38,298 nucleotides of DNA from Candidatus Bathyarchaeia archaeon (GCA_038882655.1 JAVZNT010000009.1:1-38298), one strand, 5' to 3'; positions 7,948-18,391 are shown, counted from the first letter of the stretch. Numbers and translations are program-made. Notes: generated by a model not told the origin, from the letters alone.

Positions 7948-9255
7948 ATGAGTAGACCAGAAAAACCCCACCTAAATCTAGTGATTATGGGGCATGTTGA
8001 CCATGGAAAGTCAACGACAACGGGACACATGCTTTACCTAGCAGGAGTTGTCGACGAAAGAACAGTGAAAGCCTATGAAGAAGAAGCCAGAAAACTCGGA
8101 AAAGAAACTTTCAAGTTTGCATGGATTCTCGATAACCTAAAAGAGGAGCGGGAAAGAGGCTTAACAATAGACTTGCGATTCCTAAAATTTGAAACCAAAA
8201 AATACTACTTCACAATCATTGACGCGCCTGGCCACAGAGACTTCGTTAAAAACATGATTACAGGCGCAAGCCAAGCTGACGGCGCCATACTCTTTGTCTC
8301 AGCCAAAAGAGGTGAATTCGAAGCTGGCATAGGACCTGGTGGGCAGACGAGGGAGCACGCCTTCTTGGCTTTCACTCTGGGCGTCAACCAACTTGTGGTT
8401 GCCATCAATAAAATGGATGACCCCACTGTTAACTGGAGCCAAGAGCGCTACAATGAGGTTAAAAACGAAGTTGCCCGAATGCTTAAAATGGTTGGCTACA
8501 AAGTTGAGAAGATTCCGTTTGTACCAACTTCCGGGTGGACAGGCGACAACCTTGTTAAACTCAGCGACAAAATGCCATGGTACAAGGGACCAACCCTAAT
8601 TGAGGCATTAGATACCTTTGAGATACCGCCGAAACCTCTGGACAAGCCGCTGCGAGTTCCAATTCAAGACGTTTATAGCATAACGGGTGTAGGTACAGTG
8701 CCGGTCGGCAGAGTTGAAACAGGAGTTCTGAAAGAAGGCGACATAGTCATATTTATGCCGGCGAACAAGCAAGGCGAAGTCAAGTCAATAGAGATGCACC
8801 ACACGAGAATACCAAGGGCTGAACCCGGCGACAATATAGGTTTCAACGTTAGAGGTGTAGCGAAAACAGACATACGCCGAGGAGACGTTTGTGGACACGT
8901 TAATAATCCGCCAACAGTGGCAAGAGAGTTCATTGGCCAAATAATCGTCATATACCATCCGACAGCCATAGCCGCCGGCTATACGCCTGTACTCCACTAT
9001 CACACTGGACAGATGGCTTGCAGATTCACAGAACTAGTAAGGAAGATTGACCCGCGCTCTGGACAGGTCGTCGAGGAGAAACCCTCTTTCCTCAAAACAG
9101 GAGATGCTGCGCTCGTGCGGATGGAACCGCTACGTCCAATAGCCATTGAAACCTACTCAGACTTTTCAGAGCTTGGAAGATTCGCTGTAAGAGACATGGG
9201 TACAACAATAGCTGCTGGCATTGTGAAGGAAATAACCAAAAAGGGACTGCCATAG
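7948..9255 (+). CDS. tuf: translation elongation factor aEF-1alpha
   Basis: [29 protein letters not shown] and GRFAVRDMG; SD GGAGGAG upstream. Confidence 0.98.
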   Translation: MSRPEKPHLNLVIMGHVDHGKSTTTGHMLYLAGVVDERTVKAYEEEARKLGKETFKFAWILDNLKEERERGLTIDLRFLKFETKKYYFTIIDAPGHRDFVKNMITGASQADGAILFVSAKRGEFEAGIGPGGQTREHAFLAFTLGVNQLVVAINKMDDPTVNWSQERYNEVKNEVARMLKMVGYKVEKIPFVPTSGWTGDNLVKLSDKMPWYKGPTLIEALDTFEIPPKPLDKPLRVPIQDVYSITGVGTVPVGRVETGVLKEGDIVIFMPANKQGEVKSIEMHHTRIPRAEPGDNIGFNVRGVAKTDIRRGDVCGHVNNPPTVAREFIGQIIVIYHPTAIAAGYTPVLHYHTGQMACRFTELVRKIDPRSGQVVEEKPSFLKTGDAALVRMEPLRPIAIETYSDFSELGRFAVRDMGTTIAAGIVKEITKKGLP

Positions 9256-9298
9256 CTTTTCCATCCTCTCTTTTTATCCATTTGAACTTCGAAAATGG

Positions 9299-10882
9299 TT
9301 AGTCCTTACAAGTTTTCCTTTCTGAGAAAAGTTTTTCAAGCTTTTCTTTTGGAAGCGGTTTTGTGAGTAGGCTTGTTAGGAAGTAGGCGGTTGCTGAGCC
9401 AAATATCAATAGAAGAGCCCAGTAGCCCCAGTGATAAAGCCCAAAGAATTTTCCGTAAGCTTTGGGATGAAGCGCTGTTAAAAATAAGCCGTAAACTATT
9501 GCTGCGGCTGCACCCCACTTTGTTGCTCTTTGCCAGTGCATGGAAACCCCAACGACGAAGAAGAATATTCCGGCTTGCGCCACCGCTGAACCAGACATGA
9601 ATTCGGACAGCACCGGCGGCGTTGAAGTTAAAGTCCACCACAAGGGCACCATTATAAATGGAATCAGCATGGCTCGTGTAAGCCATATAAGCTCTCTATG
9701 AGGGAGTGTTGGTTTTATGTTATGGATTAAGTCTCTTGTGGTGTTCGTAGCCATAATCATTGCCATGCCAGCAAGAGTAGCCACAGACGCCGCAAAAACA
9801 CTTGCTGCGAATAAAGCTGCAAGGGGAGCCCCACCAGCGCTTATGCTGACGTAGGCGCCAACAGCGTCTCCGTACATAGGCTTATACTGCGCGTTTAATA
9901 GAATGTTTCCGAAAAAAGTTCTGCCAGCCATCCCAACAACTCCTATCCAGAGGGGGGTTAAACCACCTAAAATTAGGATTAGAAGTATTGCCCAATACTC
10001 TTTTTTTGAAATTTTCCTCGAGCCAAGAAATCTTGCAATGTTATGGGGAAAACCCGTCGCCATAAATAGGAACATGAATAATGATGCCGTCACACCGACC
10101 CAGTCAACCCATGGCGAAGCCAAATCTTGAAGGGATGAAGGCGGAATAATGTAACTATTCAGCGAGGTGTTAGTTGAGTTTCCACCAGGTGCCATAAAGA
10201 TTTGGGTTTTAAGGGCTTCCTCAATTTTTGCTGGTCCACCAGCCCACAGCATGGAAACTATTCCAAGAATCCATCCGGCGGCGGTTAGGAGGATTCCTTG
10301 GAAACATGAAACCCACTGGGTGCCAGTATATCCTCCAACAGCAACGTAAACTAAAACTAGGACGGCGGTGATTGTGAGGCTCCAATGGAACGGCGTATTA
10401 GTCGTGATTGTCCAGACGGTTGCCATTGCTTTGTACTGCCCAACAGAGTATACTATGAGGAGGATTATCATGGCTATTCCGGCTAAGGCTTGGAGGGTTC
10501 TGCTTTCAAATCTAACTTTCAGCATTTCAGGCACTGTTCTGGCGCCTACCTGAACGTACCTTCGCATTCTGTAGCCCATAACAAGGCATAGGGCTATGCC
10601 CATCAAACAGACTGTTCCTATAAGCCAGCTTCCAGCCCAGCCGTAAGTGTAGCCCAAACCGGCATTTCCATACATTGCCCACCCGCTTAGGCACGAGGCA
10701 ATTAAGGCGAAGCCCGTTACAATGGGGCCTATGTCTCCGTGTCCAACAAGCCACTCATCGAAGGTTTTCGTTTTTCTCCGCATTAGAAAGCCTAAAAGTA
10801 TGCTTACCGCTAGAAAAGCCGCTATCGCCGCAATTACGCTGAAAACCAGTGTCTGCGTTATTTCTGGCAAGGCGTCCGCCAT
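9299..10882 (-). CDS. sodium:solute symporter (SSS family)
   Basis: About 13 TM helices; TVPEMLKVRFES, YVAVGG, GFPHNIARF and AASVAT motifs typical of PanF/PutP/ActP relatives. Confidence 0.9.
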   Translation of the reverse strand: MADALPEITQTLVFSVIAAIAAFLAVSILLGFLMRRKTKTFDEWLVGHGDIGPIVTGFALIASCLSGWAMYGNAGLGYTYGWAGSWLIGTVCLMGIALCLVMGYRMRRYVQVGARTVPEMLKVRFESRTLQALAGIAMIILLIVYSVGQYKAMATVWTITTNTPFHWSLTITAVLVLVYVAVGGYTGTQWVSCFQGILLTAAGWILGIVSMLWAGGPAKIEEALKTQIFMAPGGNSTNTSLNSYIIPPSSLQDLASPWVDWVGVTASLFMFLFMATGFPHNIARFLGSRKISKKEYWAILLILILGGLTPLWIGVVGMAGRTFFGNILLNAQYKPMYGDAVGAYVSISAGGAPLAALFAASVFAASVATLAGMAMIMATNTTRDLIHNIKPTLPHRELIWLTRAMLIPFIMVPLWWTLTSTPPVLSEFMSGSAVAQAGIFFFVVGVSMHWQRATKWGAAAAIVYGLFLTALHPKAYGKFFGLYHWGYWALLLIFGSATAYFLTSLLTKPLPKEKLEKLFSERKTCKD

Positions 10883-10883
10883 G

Positions 10884-11060
10884 TTAATCCTCCTCCCAGT
10901 ACCATTTCGTCTTTAAGAGCACAACCGCCAAAGCGAAGATTATCGCTAGCAAAGCATGACTCCAGTAAGCGTACCACCCGCCAAGGAAATAAGCCGTCAA
11001 CGGAACAAGGATAACGCATAAAATCATGATGGTAATTGTGAAGAGCACTCCTATCTTCAT
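10884..11060 (-). CDS. small two-TM membrane protein (58 aa), likely symporter accessory subunit; absent from the ORF track
   Basis: MKIGVLFTITIMILCVILVPLTAYFLGGWYAYWSHALLAIIFALAVVLLKTKWYWEED; SD AGGAG upstream; its stop lies 1 nt before the symporter ATG. Confidence 0.8.
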   Translation of the reverse strand: MKIGVLFTITIMILCVILVPLTAYFLGGWYAYWSHALLAIIFALAVVLLKTKWYWEED

Positions 11061-11198
11061 AAGGGCATCTCCTTTTCCCGTCAGTATTAAGCTTTATGTT
11101 TTAATTATTTTGAATGACTATTTGGGAAAGCATGTGAGGGCGCGGTACCGCAAGAGAAATAGCATCAAAGTTTGTAGGATAGCATTAGAGTTGAGGCT

Positions 11199-11900
11199 AT
11201 GTCTGGTGCTGAAACACTCCTCCCATATTTGAAGGAGAAGAAGAGAGAAGAACCAACAATCATCGTGGATAGTCGCGAGGCAAGCAGCGCCGAAAAAGTT
11301 GTTAAGGGACTTAGGGAACGCGGCGTAAACGTGAAAATAGAGCACTTGGAAAAAGGAGACTACATTTTATCCGATGCTTGCGCTGTTGAACGCAAGAGGG
11401 TTCAAGACTTTGTTTACACGCTTACACATCGCTACCTCTTCGAGCAACTTTTCAAACTTAAGGAGACATATCCAAAAGCGCTCATCCTTTTGGAAGGCTA
11501 CATGCCCATAATTTACAAGTTTAGTAGAATAAAGCCAGAAGCTGTTTGGGGCGCTCTGTTCAATCTTGCAAAAAACGGTGTAGCCATACTAAACACTACA
11601 TCCTACAAGGAAACGGTGGATTTTCTTTACATCGCCGCCCGCCAAGAACAAATAGTGGAAAAAAGAGTGCCGACGGTACATCCTGTCAAAAAATGTGAAA
11701 CTTTGGAAGATGCCCAAATATTTTTTGTGGCCAGCTTACCAAATATTGGTAAGGAAAAAGCCATAGCAATCCTTAAATCCTATCAAACACCGTTAAATGC
11801 CTTCCTAAACGTTGACGAATGGCCAAAAACTGTTTACGGTCTTGGACCAAAAATAAGCAACAGAGTTAAAGAGGTATTGAATACGCCGTTTAAAGGGTGA
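11199..11900 (+). CDS. short ERCC4/XPF-type structure-specific endonuclease
   Basis: IIVDSRE, GDYILS and VERK nuclease motifs plus C-terminal HhH repeats (LPNIG, GLGPK). Confidence 0.92.
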   Translation: MSGAETLLPYLKEKKREEPTIIVDSREASSAEKVVKGLRERGVNVKIEHLEKGDYILSDACAVERKRVQDFVYTLTHRYLFEQLFKLKETYPKALILLEGYMPIIYKFSRIKPEAVWGALFNLAKNGVAILNTTSYKETVDFLYIAARQEQIVEKRVPTVHPVKKCETLEDAQIFFVASLPNIGKEKAIAILKSYQTPLNAFLNVDEWPKTVYGLGPKISNRVKEVLNTPFKG

Positions 11901-12262
11901 AAAAGCCGATGGACGTGGAAATCGCCCCAACAAAAAAGGTTACAGTCTTAGGGTTAGACAAGCGCAGCGTAGGCGACATTGCATGGTGCGCCACCACTTA
12001 CGGCGCTAATAGGCTTTACTGGATAGACGGATATTTGCTATGCCTAGAAGTTTATGAAAAGTCCTTCGAACACGAACTGAAAAACCGAGAGTTTCCAATA
12101 AGCCAGATTTGCTACGCGGAGTTTCCAAAATATGAGAGAATCTACGAGGTGGACAAGAGTCTCCAAATCCCTGTGGTGAACGTTTCAGATATGAAAATCT
12201 TCAAGAGCATATTGAAAGCCATAAAAGAAAGCGTAAAAACTGAAGGCGGACAAAAAGGCTGA
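11897..12262 (+). CDS. hypothetical protein translationally coupled to XPF
   Basis: 121-aa ORF overlapping the XPF stop (GTGA); protein-like composition (LYWIDGYL, IPVVNVSD). Confidence 0.75.
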   Translation: MKKPMDVEIAPTKKVTVLGLDKRSVGDIAWCATTYGANRLYWIDGYLLCLEVYEKSFEHELKNREFPISQICYAEFPKYERIYEVDKSLQIPVVNVSDMKIFKSILKAIKESVKTEGGQKG

Positions 12263-12272
12263 TAGCTGAATT

Positions 12273-12881
12273 TTAGGCTTCTTTAAGGTTTTTAACGTAA
12301 TCATAGCCAAGTTCAAAAGCCTTAACATTCATTTTAGCGTATTTTGCCGGAACAAGCTCTTCCAAAGTCGCTATTAGGCTTTCCTTCTTTATTGGCAACT
12401 TCTCAGCAGCAGATAAAGCCCCGAGCAGTACAGCGTTCTGCATTACAGCGCTTCCAGCTTCTTTGGCGAGTCTCAAAGCTTCAACTATGATGATGTTTTT
12501 GGAAAATCTCCTCAACTTTTCAAGTATTTCCTCCAGCCTTGGATAGCTTCCACCTTTCAATGTAAGTCCTGGCGGTGGAATCTCCTCATCCCCCATAATT
12601 ATGATGGTCTTTTCAGAGGCGTATCTTACGTTTCTCAGCGTTTCTAGAGGTTCAAATCCTAATAGGATGTCTGCTTGCCCATCCGTGATTAGCGGGGATA
12701 AAACAGTTTCACCAATTCTAACAGTGCATAGGACGGTTCCACCTCGCTGTGCCATTCCGTGGATTTCGCCCACGCGAACATTTAAGCCATCCTTCACAGC
12801 GGCTGTTCCAAGGACTTCAGCTGCTAAAAGTATTCCTTGACCGCCAACACCAGCCAAAACGATGCTAAACTCTTTCATCAT
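12273..12881 (-). CDS. iorB: indolepyruvate:ferredoxin oxidoreductase subunit beta
   Basis: GVGGQG, EIHGMAQRGG, NAVLLGA and NVKAFELG motifs; downstream of iorA. Confidence 0.95.
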   Translation of the reverse strand: MMKEFSIVLAGVGGQGILLAAEVLGTAAVKDGLNVRVGEIHGMAQRGGTVLCTVRIGETVLSPLITDGQADILLGFEPLETLRNVRYASEKTIIIMGDEEIPPPGLTLKGGSYPRLEEILEKLRRFSKNIIIVEALRLAKEAGSAVMQNAVLLGALSAAEKLPIKKESLIATLEELVPAKYAKMNVKAFELGYDYVKNLKEA

Positions 12882-12891
12882 GCCCGCACCT

Positions 12892-14784
12892 TTACACCTG
12901 TTTTACTGGTTCTATGGCCTTGTATGGGCAAACATGGGCACATAAACCGCAGCCAACACAAATATTCTCGTTTATACTCACAACCTTATCCTCTTTGAGG
13001 ATTATTGCTGGGCAGCCCAACAGTTTTATGCATGCCATGCAGTTTGTACACTTCTCGTTTATCTTGAAAGGTACAATTTCTAAGCCTTCACGCTTTTTTT
13101 CCCTAACGAGTATTAGGGCGCATGGCGCTCTGAAAACGATGAGGGAGGTTTCGGGAAACTGTAAAGCCTCTTTTAGGATTTTTTCAGCTTCCCTAACATT
13201 GAAGGGGTCAACAACTCTGACGAATTTTACTCCGCAGCCATCAGCAACCTTCTCGATTGCTATGGGTTCCGTGGGCTCTTGCATGCCAGTCACACCAGTC
13301 CCCGGATGCGGTTGATGTCCAGTCATTGCTGTTGTGAGGTTGTCTAAAACCGCGACTACAAGTCTATGCTTGTTGTAAACGGCGTTTAGCAGCCTTGGAA
13401 CACCAGCGTGAAAGAAGGTTGAATCTCCAATTATTGCAATTGTGTTCATCCCGGTCGCCTTGCTTATGCCTTGAGCAGTTCCTATACCAGCGCCCATGCA
13501 AACGAGTATGTCGCCAACTTTTAAGGGCGGAGCTATTCCTAAAGCGTAACAGCCAATATCTGTTGGGTAAATTGCCCTTTCGCCAGCAACCCGTTTTATA
13601 ACGTAGAATGAAGCTCTATGAGGACAACCGGCACATAGGATTGGCGGTCTAGGCGGAATCCCTTCAGAAACTTCATTGTAGCGTTTAGTCAAACCTTCAA
13701 GGTCCATGGGAATTTTTCTGCCAGTTATTGCGGCAAGTCCCTTCAAAACCTGGCTTGTGGAAAGCTCACCAGACCTTGGAAAATACTGCTTGCCATAAAC
13801 CTCTGTTGATGGAGCATAGTCCTTTGTAATTGCCTTAACATTAAGTTCTAAATACGGCTCAAGCTCTTCAATAACTATGATTTTGCCGTGTTTCTTCACG
13901 AATTTTCCTATTATTTTCTCTGGCAGTGGATGGGACATCCCAAGCTTTAAGACATCAACGTCTAAGCCTAAAATTCCAGCAGCTTCAACAGCGTAGTTGT
14001 AGGCTGAGCTTGATGAGATTATGCCGTACTCTTTATCTTTGCCCTTCGGGTTTATTAGATTGTACGCGGAGGTTTCTGTTATTTCCTTTGCCTTTTCCAT
14101 TCGCTGCAAAAGAACATCATGTCTTGGTCTTGCATTGGCTGGAACCATGACTAAACGTTTAACATCTCGGACAAATTCGCCTTTCAAACTGGGTTTTACA
14201 AGTTTTCCAAAAGTGATTGGTGATCTGGTGTGGCTTACACGTGTGGTTGTCCGCATTATAACTGGAAGCTCAAGCTTTTCAGAAAGCTCAACAGCATAAG
14301 CCACCATGTCCTTTGCCTCCTGCGCGTTTGAAGGCTCCAAGCATGGTAGATTAGAGAGCAAAGCATAGAGTCGGCTGTCCTGCTCATTCTGTGAACTGTA
14401 ACATTCCGGGTCGTCGGCTGCCACAATAACTAATCCGCCTCTAACACCAGTATAAGCCAAAGTCATTAACGCATCCGCAGCCACATTCAATCCTACATGT
14501 TTCATGGCTGCAAGCGCCCTAACTCCACAGTTTGCAGCTCCACCAGCCACTTCAACAGCAACAATCTCGTTTACTGAGTACTCCATGTAAACGCCAGCCT
14601 TCTGGGCTATGGCGGAGACAGCGTCGCCAATTTCTGAGGCTGGTGTCCCAGGGTAAGTAGTGACAACGCCTATGCCCGATTCCAGTATTCCACGGGCAAT
14701 AGCCTCATTACCAAGCAACAGAACACGCTTTCCAGGTTCATCCTTCAATAATATGTGGGGGTCTGGCATTACTGCCTTCTCCAA
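12892..14784 (-). CDS. iorA: indolepyruvate:ferredoxin oxidoreductase subunit alpha
   Basis: LLGNEAIARG, YPGTP, KHVGLNVA, SSQNEQD, CAGCPH, DIGC, TPP motif GDSTFFH..DN and a C-terminal ferredoxin. The start may be ATG 14769. Confidence 0.96.
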   Translation of the reverse strand: MEKAVMPDPHILLKDEPGKRVLLLGNEAIARGILESGIGVVTTYPGTPASEIGDAVSAIAQKAGVYMEYSVNEIVAVEVAGGAANCGVRALAAMKHVGLNVAADALMTLAYTGVRGGLVIVAADDPECYSSQNEQDSRLYALLSNLPCLEPSNAQEAKDMVAYAVELSEKLELPVIMRTTTRVSHTRSPITFGKLVKPSLKGEFVRDVKRLVMVPANARPRHDVLLQRMEKAKEITETSAYNLINPKGKDKEYGIISSSSAYNYAVEAAGILGLDVDVLKLGMSHPLPEKIIGKFVKKHGKIIVIEELEPYLELNVKAITKDYAPSTEVYGKQYFPRSGELSTSQVLKGLAAITGRKIPMDLEGLTKRYNEVSEGIPPRPPILCAGCPHRASFYVIKRVAGERAIYPTDIGCYALGIAPPLKVGDILVCMGAGIGTAQGISKATGMNTIAIIGDSTFFHAGVPRLLNAVYNKHRLVVAVLDNLTTAMTGHQPHPGTGVTGMQEPTEPIAIEKVADGCGVKFVRVVDPFNVREAEKILKEALQFPETSLIVFRAPCALILVREKKREGLEIVPFKINEKCTNCMACIKLLGCPAIILKEDKVVSINENICVGCGLCAHVCPYKAIEPVKQV

Positions 14785-14897
14785 CTGTTAGAAAACCCAT
14801 TAGCCTTACGCTTTTAGATATAACTTTTGGTGAACTTAAACCGTTGCAACCATGACAAAAACAGAGGATAGAAGGGGAAATAACGAAGTGAAACGCT

Positions 14898-15680
14898 TTA
14901 TTTGCCCTTAAACACTGGTTTTCTTTTTTCAATGAAGGCTGAAACGCCCTCTTGAAGGTCTTCTGTTGACGCTACAACGCCAAAGCCTTCCCTTTCCAAG
15001 GCTATTGCAGCGTCAAGGTTTATTTCCGCGCCCTTGTTTATCAAGGCTTTAGCCACTTTAAGGGCTACTGGAGCTTTCTGGGCGAGTTCTAGAGCGAATT
15101 GACGAACAGCCTCTCTAAACTTTTCTTGTGGAACAACCATGTTAACAAGTCCAAACTGCTCAGCAGTTTTTGCGTCAATCATTTTACCAGTGAAAATCAT
15201 CTCCTTAGCCTTTGTCGCGCCAATTAAGCGGGTCAGCCTCTGTGTTCCACCCCAGCCCGGAATTAAGCCAATGTTTATTTCCGTCTGTCCAATCCTAGCG
15301 TTTTCAGAAGCTATGCGGATGTCGCAAGCCATTGCAACTTCTAAGCCTCCGCCTAAAGCATACCCATTTATAGCGGCTATGACAGGCTTTTCAAGATTTT
15401 CTAAGGCTGAACAAAGCTTCTCACCCATCATGGAGAGTTCCCGCGCTTTTAGGGCATTCATTCCCTTCATGGCTTTTATGTCCGCTCCAGCAGAAAACGC
15501 CTTTTCACCAGCGCCGGTTAAAACGACAACCCGCACACTTTCATCAGCCTTCACATCTTCAAGAGCTTGCAAGATTTCACTGACCACTTCCACGCTGAAA
15601 GCATTTAGTGCTTCTGGTCTGTTTATCGTTATTGTGGCTATGCCCTCACTTTTCTCATATAGGATGTACTTAAACTCCAA
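14898..15680 (-). CDS. enoyl-CoA hydratase (crotonase-like)
   Basis: AFSAGADI, GYALGGGLE, QTEINIG and PGWGGTQRL; both catalytic Glu residues are present. Confidence 0.94.
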   Translation of the reverse strand: MEFKYILYEKSEGIATITINRPEALNAFSVEVVSEILQALEDVKADESVRVVVLTGAGEKAFSAGADIKAMKGMNALKARELSMMGEKLCSALENLEKPVIAAINGYALGGGLEVAMACDIRIASENARIGQTEINIGLIPGWGGTQRLTRLIGATKAKEMIFTGKMIDAKTAEQFGLVNMVVPQEKFREAVRQFALELAQKAPVALKVAKALINKGAEINLDAAIALEREGFGVVASTEDLQEGVSAFIEKRKPVFKGK

Positions 15681-15700
15681 TTAAATCCATCTCCTTTCGC

Positions 15701-16567
15701 TTATTTCTGCGTCCAGTCATAGAAACCTCTGCCAGTTTTTCTCCCTAACAAGTTGGCCTTAACCATCTGCTTCAATCCTGGATGCGGATGAAACTTTGGG
15801 TCAAGCTCCCTTTCAAGAACCTCAGCTATGGCTAGAGTTGTATCAGCACCAATATAGTCTAACAGCATGAGGGGCCCCATAGGCCAGTTTAGTCCAAGCT
15901 TTATGGCTTTATCAATGTCGTCTCTGTCTGCTACACCTTCCCAGTATAGGGCTACAGCCTCGTTTAAAGCTGGTATCAATATGCGGTTCACGATGAAGCC
16001 CGGACAATCCTTCTTGACCAGAACTGTTTCCTTCTGCATTTTGTGGGCCACTTCTAAGACTGTCTGCACAGTCTCGTCTGAGGTTTTGGCACCCATTATC
16101 ACTTCCACAAGCTTCATCAGCTGCGGTGGATTGAAGAAGTGCATTCCACAAACCTTTTCTGGACGCTTTGTGGCTGAGCCAAGCTCTGTTATGCTTATGG
16201 ACGACGTGTTAGAAGCGATTATGGCATGTAGTGGCGCCAACGCATCCACCTCACGGAAAGTTGCCTTCTTCAACTCTACATTCTCCGGAATGGCCTCAAT
16301 AACCAAGTCAGCTTCTGAAACAGCCTCTTTAAGGTCTGTTGTTGGATGTATGCGCGTTATGGTTTCGTTCAACTCCGCCTCAGTTATTTGCCCCTTGCTA
16401 AGGAATTTCTGGAGGCTGCTGCGAATCATGTTCATGCCGTTGTCCACAAACCTCTGCTCAATATCCCGTAGGTAAACCTCATACTTGCCAACTTGGGCAG
16501 CCACTTGCGCAATGCCATGACCCATCAAACCAGCACCCAAAATTGCAATTTTTTTAATTTCAACCAA
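15701..16567 (-). CDS. hbd: 3-hydroxyacyl-CoA (3-hydroxybutyryl-CoA) dehydrogenase
   Basis: GAGLMGHG, EAIPE, SNTSS, GMHFFNP, GFIVNR and PMGPL. Confidence 0.93.
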   Translation of the reverse strand: MVEIKKIAILGAGLMGHGIAQVAAQVGKYEVYLRDIEQRFVDNGMNMIRSSLQKFLSKGQITEAELNETITRIHPTTDLKEAVSEADLVIEAIPENVELKKATFREVDALAPLHAIIASNTSSISITELGSATKRPEKVCGMHFFNPPQLMKLVEVIMGAKTSDETVQTVLEVAHKMQKETVLVKKDCPGFIVNRILIPALNEAVALYWEGVADRDDIDKAIKLGLNWPMGPLMLLDYIGADTTLAIAEVLERELDPKFHPHPGLKQMVKANLLGRKTGRGFYDWTQK

Positions 16568-16689
16568 GCTTGTTCACCATCCAAGATAGAAAACTAAATT
16601 GTTAATAACGCTGTTAAAAGATTTTCCAGCTTCTTTACCTTTCAACCAACATGTTAATGTAGTTGGGCAGCTAAAAAAGAAGGGGGAGA

Positions 16690-18246
16690 TTATATTATAG
16701 GTGCTGGTGCTGATCTGATTCTGCGTTTTTGAGCTAAAAATAGGGCAATCACTGCTATGGCGGCTGCAACCAGAATTATGAGGATTATCCATGTGCCACC
16801 TAAGCCAGGAGCTGGGGTCACAGTTAACGTCGCTGTTTGAGATTGAGCTGTGCATCCATCTGCATCCACAGCCACCACGTATATTAGGTATGTTCCTTCA
16901 GATGTTGGCGTAAATTTCCAGCTGTTAGAGGTGCCGCTTGAAACCTCTTCGTTATTTAGGTACCACTTGTAAGTTATCGGCAAATTTCCACCGCTAACAG
17001 ACGCCGTGAAGGTTACTGATTCGCCCAAAGCTAGCGACGTCGTTGGAGTTGTTAGGCTTACACTTGGAAGGGGAACATCGTCACCTCTGGCTATTGCAGA
17101 GTTGCAGCTTTTTATCAACGCTTTTGCTCGCCAATGATAATCAAATAGTCCTGTGCAAGCTTCGAATTTCTGTTTTGCCGCCGAGTAGTGCCTCGCATAA
17201 TAATACTTCAAACCTTGAATGAAGGCTTCGTCAACCGGTCCTTGCACATTTTTGTTAGCGATATTAGCCTCATTCATCATGCTTTTAACCACATTGCTTG
17301 CTATTAGATAGTTGAACCCCGCTACTTCAACTCCCTCTCTAACCGAGCCCATGCTGCAGATTCCTATAACTTCTCCCTTTTTACTTAAGCCTGGTCCACC
17401 GCTCATTCCATGGGTTAGGCTTGCGCTCGTTTCGAAGCATGGTGTCTGAGAGCTTGTTAAACGTCTTTGGCTTATTATCCCCTCCTTCATTGATGGTGCC
17501 AATAGAGTTTCAACGCCTAACTCTTCAGCGAAAACTGTGACATCTGCAAAACCAAAGGAGTAAACCGATTCGCCAGTCATAACAGCGTCAGAATCACCAA
17601 CCATCAAGACTGGGCAATAGTTGGAAGGCGGCTCTATCTTAATTATTGCCACGTCTCTTTCAAAGAAGGGGCTAATGGCTATTTCCCGCGCAATCCAGCC
17701 CTTACTCTGAACATCAGTCAATGTGGGTGCCACCTCTCCAAGTACGGCATAAACTCGGCGAAGGGAATCCTTAATTTCTCCATACGACATAACATAATTC
17801 CAAAGTGCCGCTTGTTCTTCAGGAGTTAGATAATAGCCTTCGCTTTCAAGTTCCTCAATTATCGTTGTAAAGGCGCCTTCTATGAGGAAATATTTGGTGT
17901 ACAAGTCTTGTGTCAGATCTTGATGGGTAAAGCAGAACAGCACATGTCCAGCGGTCACAATGTAGCCGTCAGCGGTTACAAAAAATCCCGAGCCTAGGGC
18001 TGCGATACCTACTGGGACAAGGAAATATTCTGTTGTGGGAACCCAATTCACGTCTGGAATGTATATCTTTATTGTTGCAGATATTTGCGTGTAAATTAGC
18101 ACCGTTGCGGCTTCGCCTAGCTCTGCTATCATGGCTGAGGAGTACTCCTCTGGGGCAGCTTCGCAAACTTTCACCATTAGCGGCAATGAAATACTTGCAA
18201 GCGCTAGCAGCGACAGAAACACTGCAAACACTATAGAATTTCTCAT
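16690..18246 (-). CDS. secreted, membrane-anchored trypsin-like (S1) serine protease with helical and Ig/PKD-like domains
   Basis: Signal peptide; GSGF, TAGH (His), DVAII (Asp) and GMSGGP (Ser); TPR-like helices; PKD-like YKWYLN...GTYLIYV; C-terminal TM followed by KRR. Confidence 0.88.
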   Translation of the reverse strand: MRNSIVFAVFLSLLALASISLPLMVKVCEAAPEEYSSAMIAELGEAATVLIYTQISATIKIYIPDVNWVPTTEYFLVPVGIAALGSGFFVTADGYIVTAGHVLFCFTHQDLTQDLYTKYFLIEGAFTTIIEELESEGYYLTPEEQAALWNYVMSYGEIKDSLRRVYAVLGEVAPTLTDVQSKGWIAREIAISPFFERDVAIIKIEPPSNYCPVLMVGDSDAVMTGESVYSFGFADVTVFAEELGVETLLAPSMKEGIISQRRLTSSQTPCFETSASLTHGMSGGPGLSKKGEVIGICSMGSVREGVEVAGFNYLIASNVVKSMMNEANIANKNVQGPVDEAFIQGLKYYYARHYSAAKQKFEACTGLFDYHWRAKALIKSCNSAIARGDDVPLPSVSLTTPTTSLALGESVTFTASVSGGNLPITYKWYLNNEEVSSGTSNSWKFTPTSEGTYLIYVVAVDADGCTAQSQTATLTVTPAPGLGGTWIILIILVAAAIAVIALFLAQKRRIRSAPAPII

Positions 18247-18391
18247 ATTATTTCCTCCAAAGTTTTCATCAAAAAGAATGGGGAAACCTAATTTATGCTT
18301 TATTAATACTTAATATTTATTGTAATTATTGCGAACTAGGATTAAAAATCTGAATTTGATTCAGAATTTGAAAGGAAGAGCGTAGCGCGGT

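Noticed and set aside
15139-16475. Long antisense ORFs (181 aa and 202 aa) and many similar shadow ORFs across the window
   Set aside because: They lie opposite well-supported genes, have Ser/Phe/Pro-rich antisense-type composition and show no motifs.
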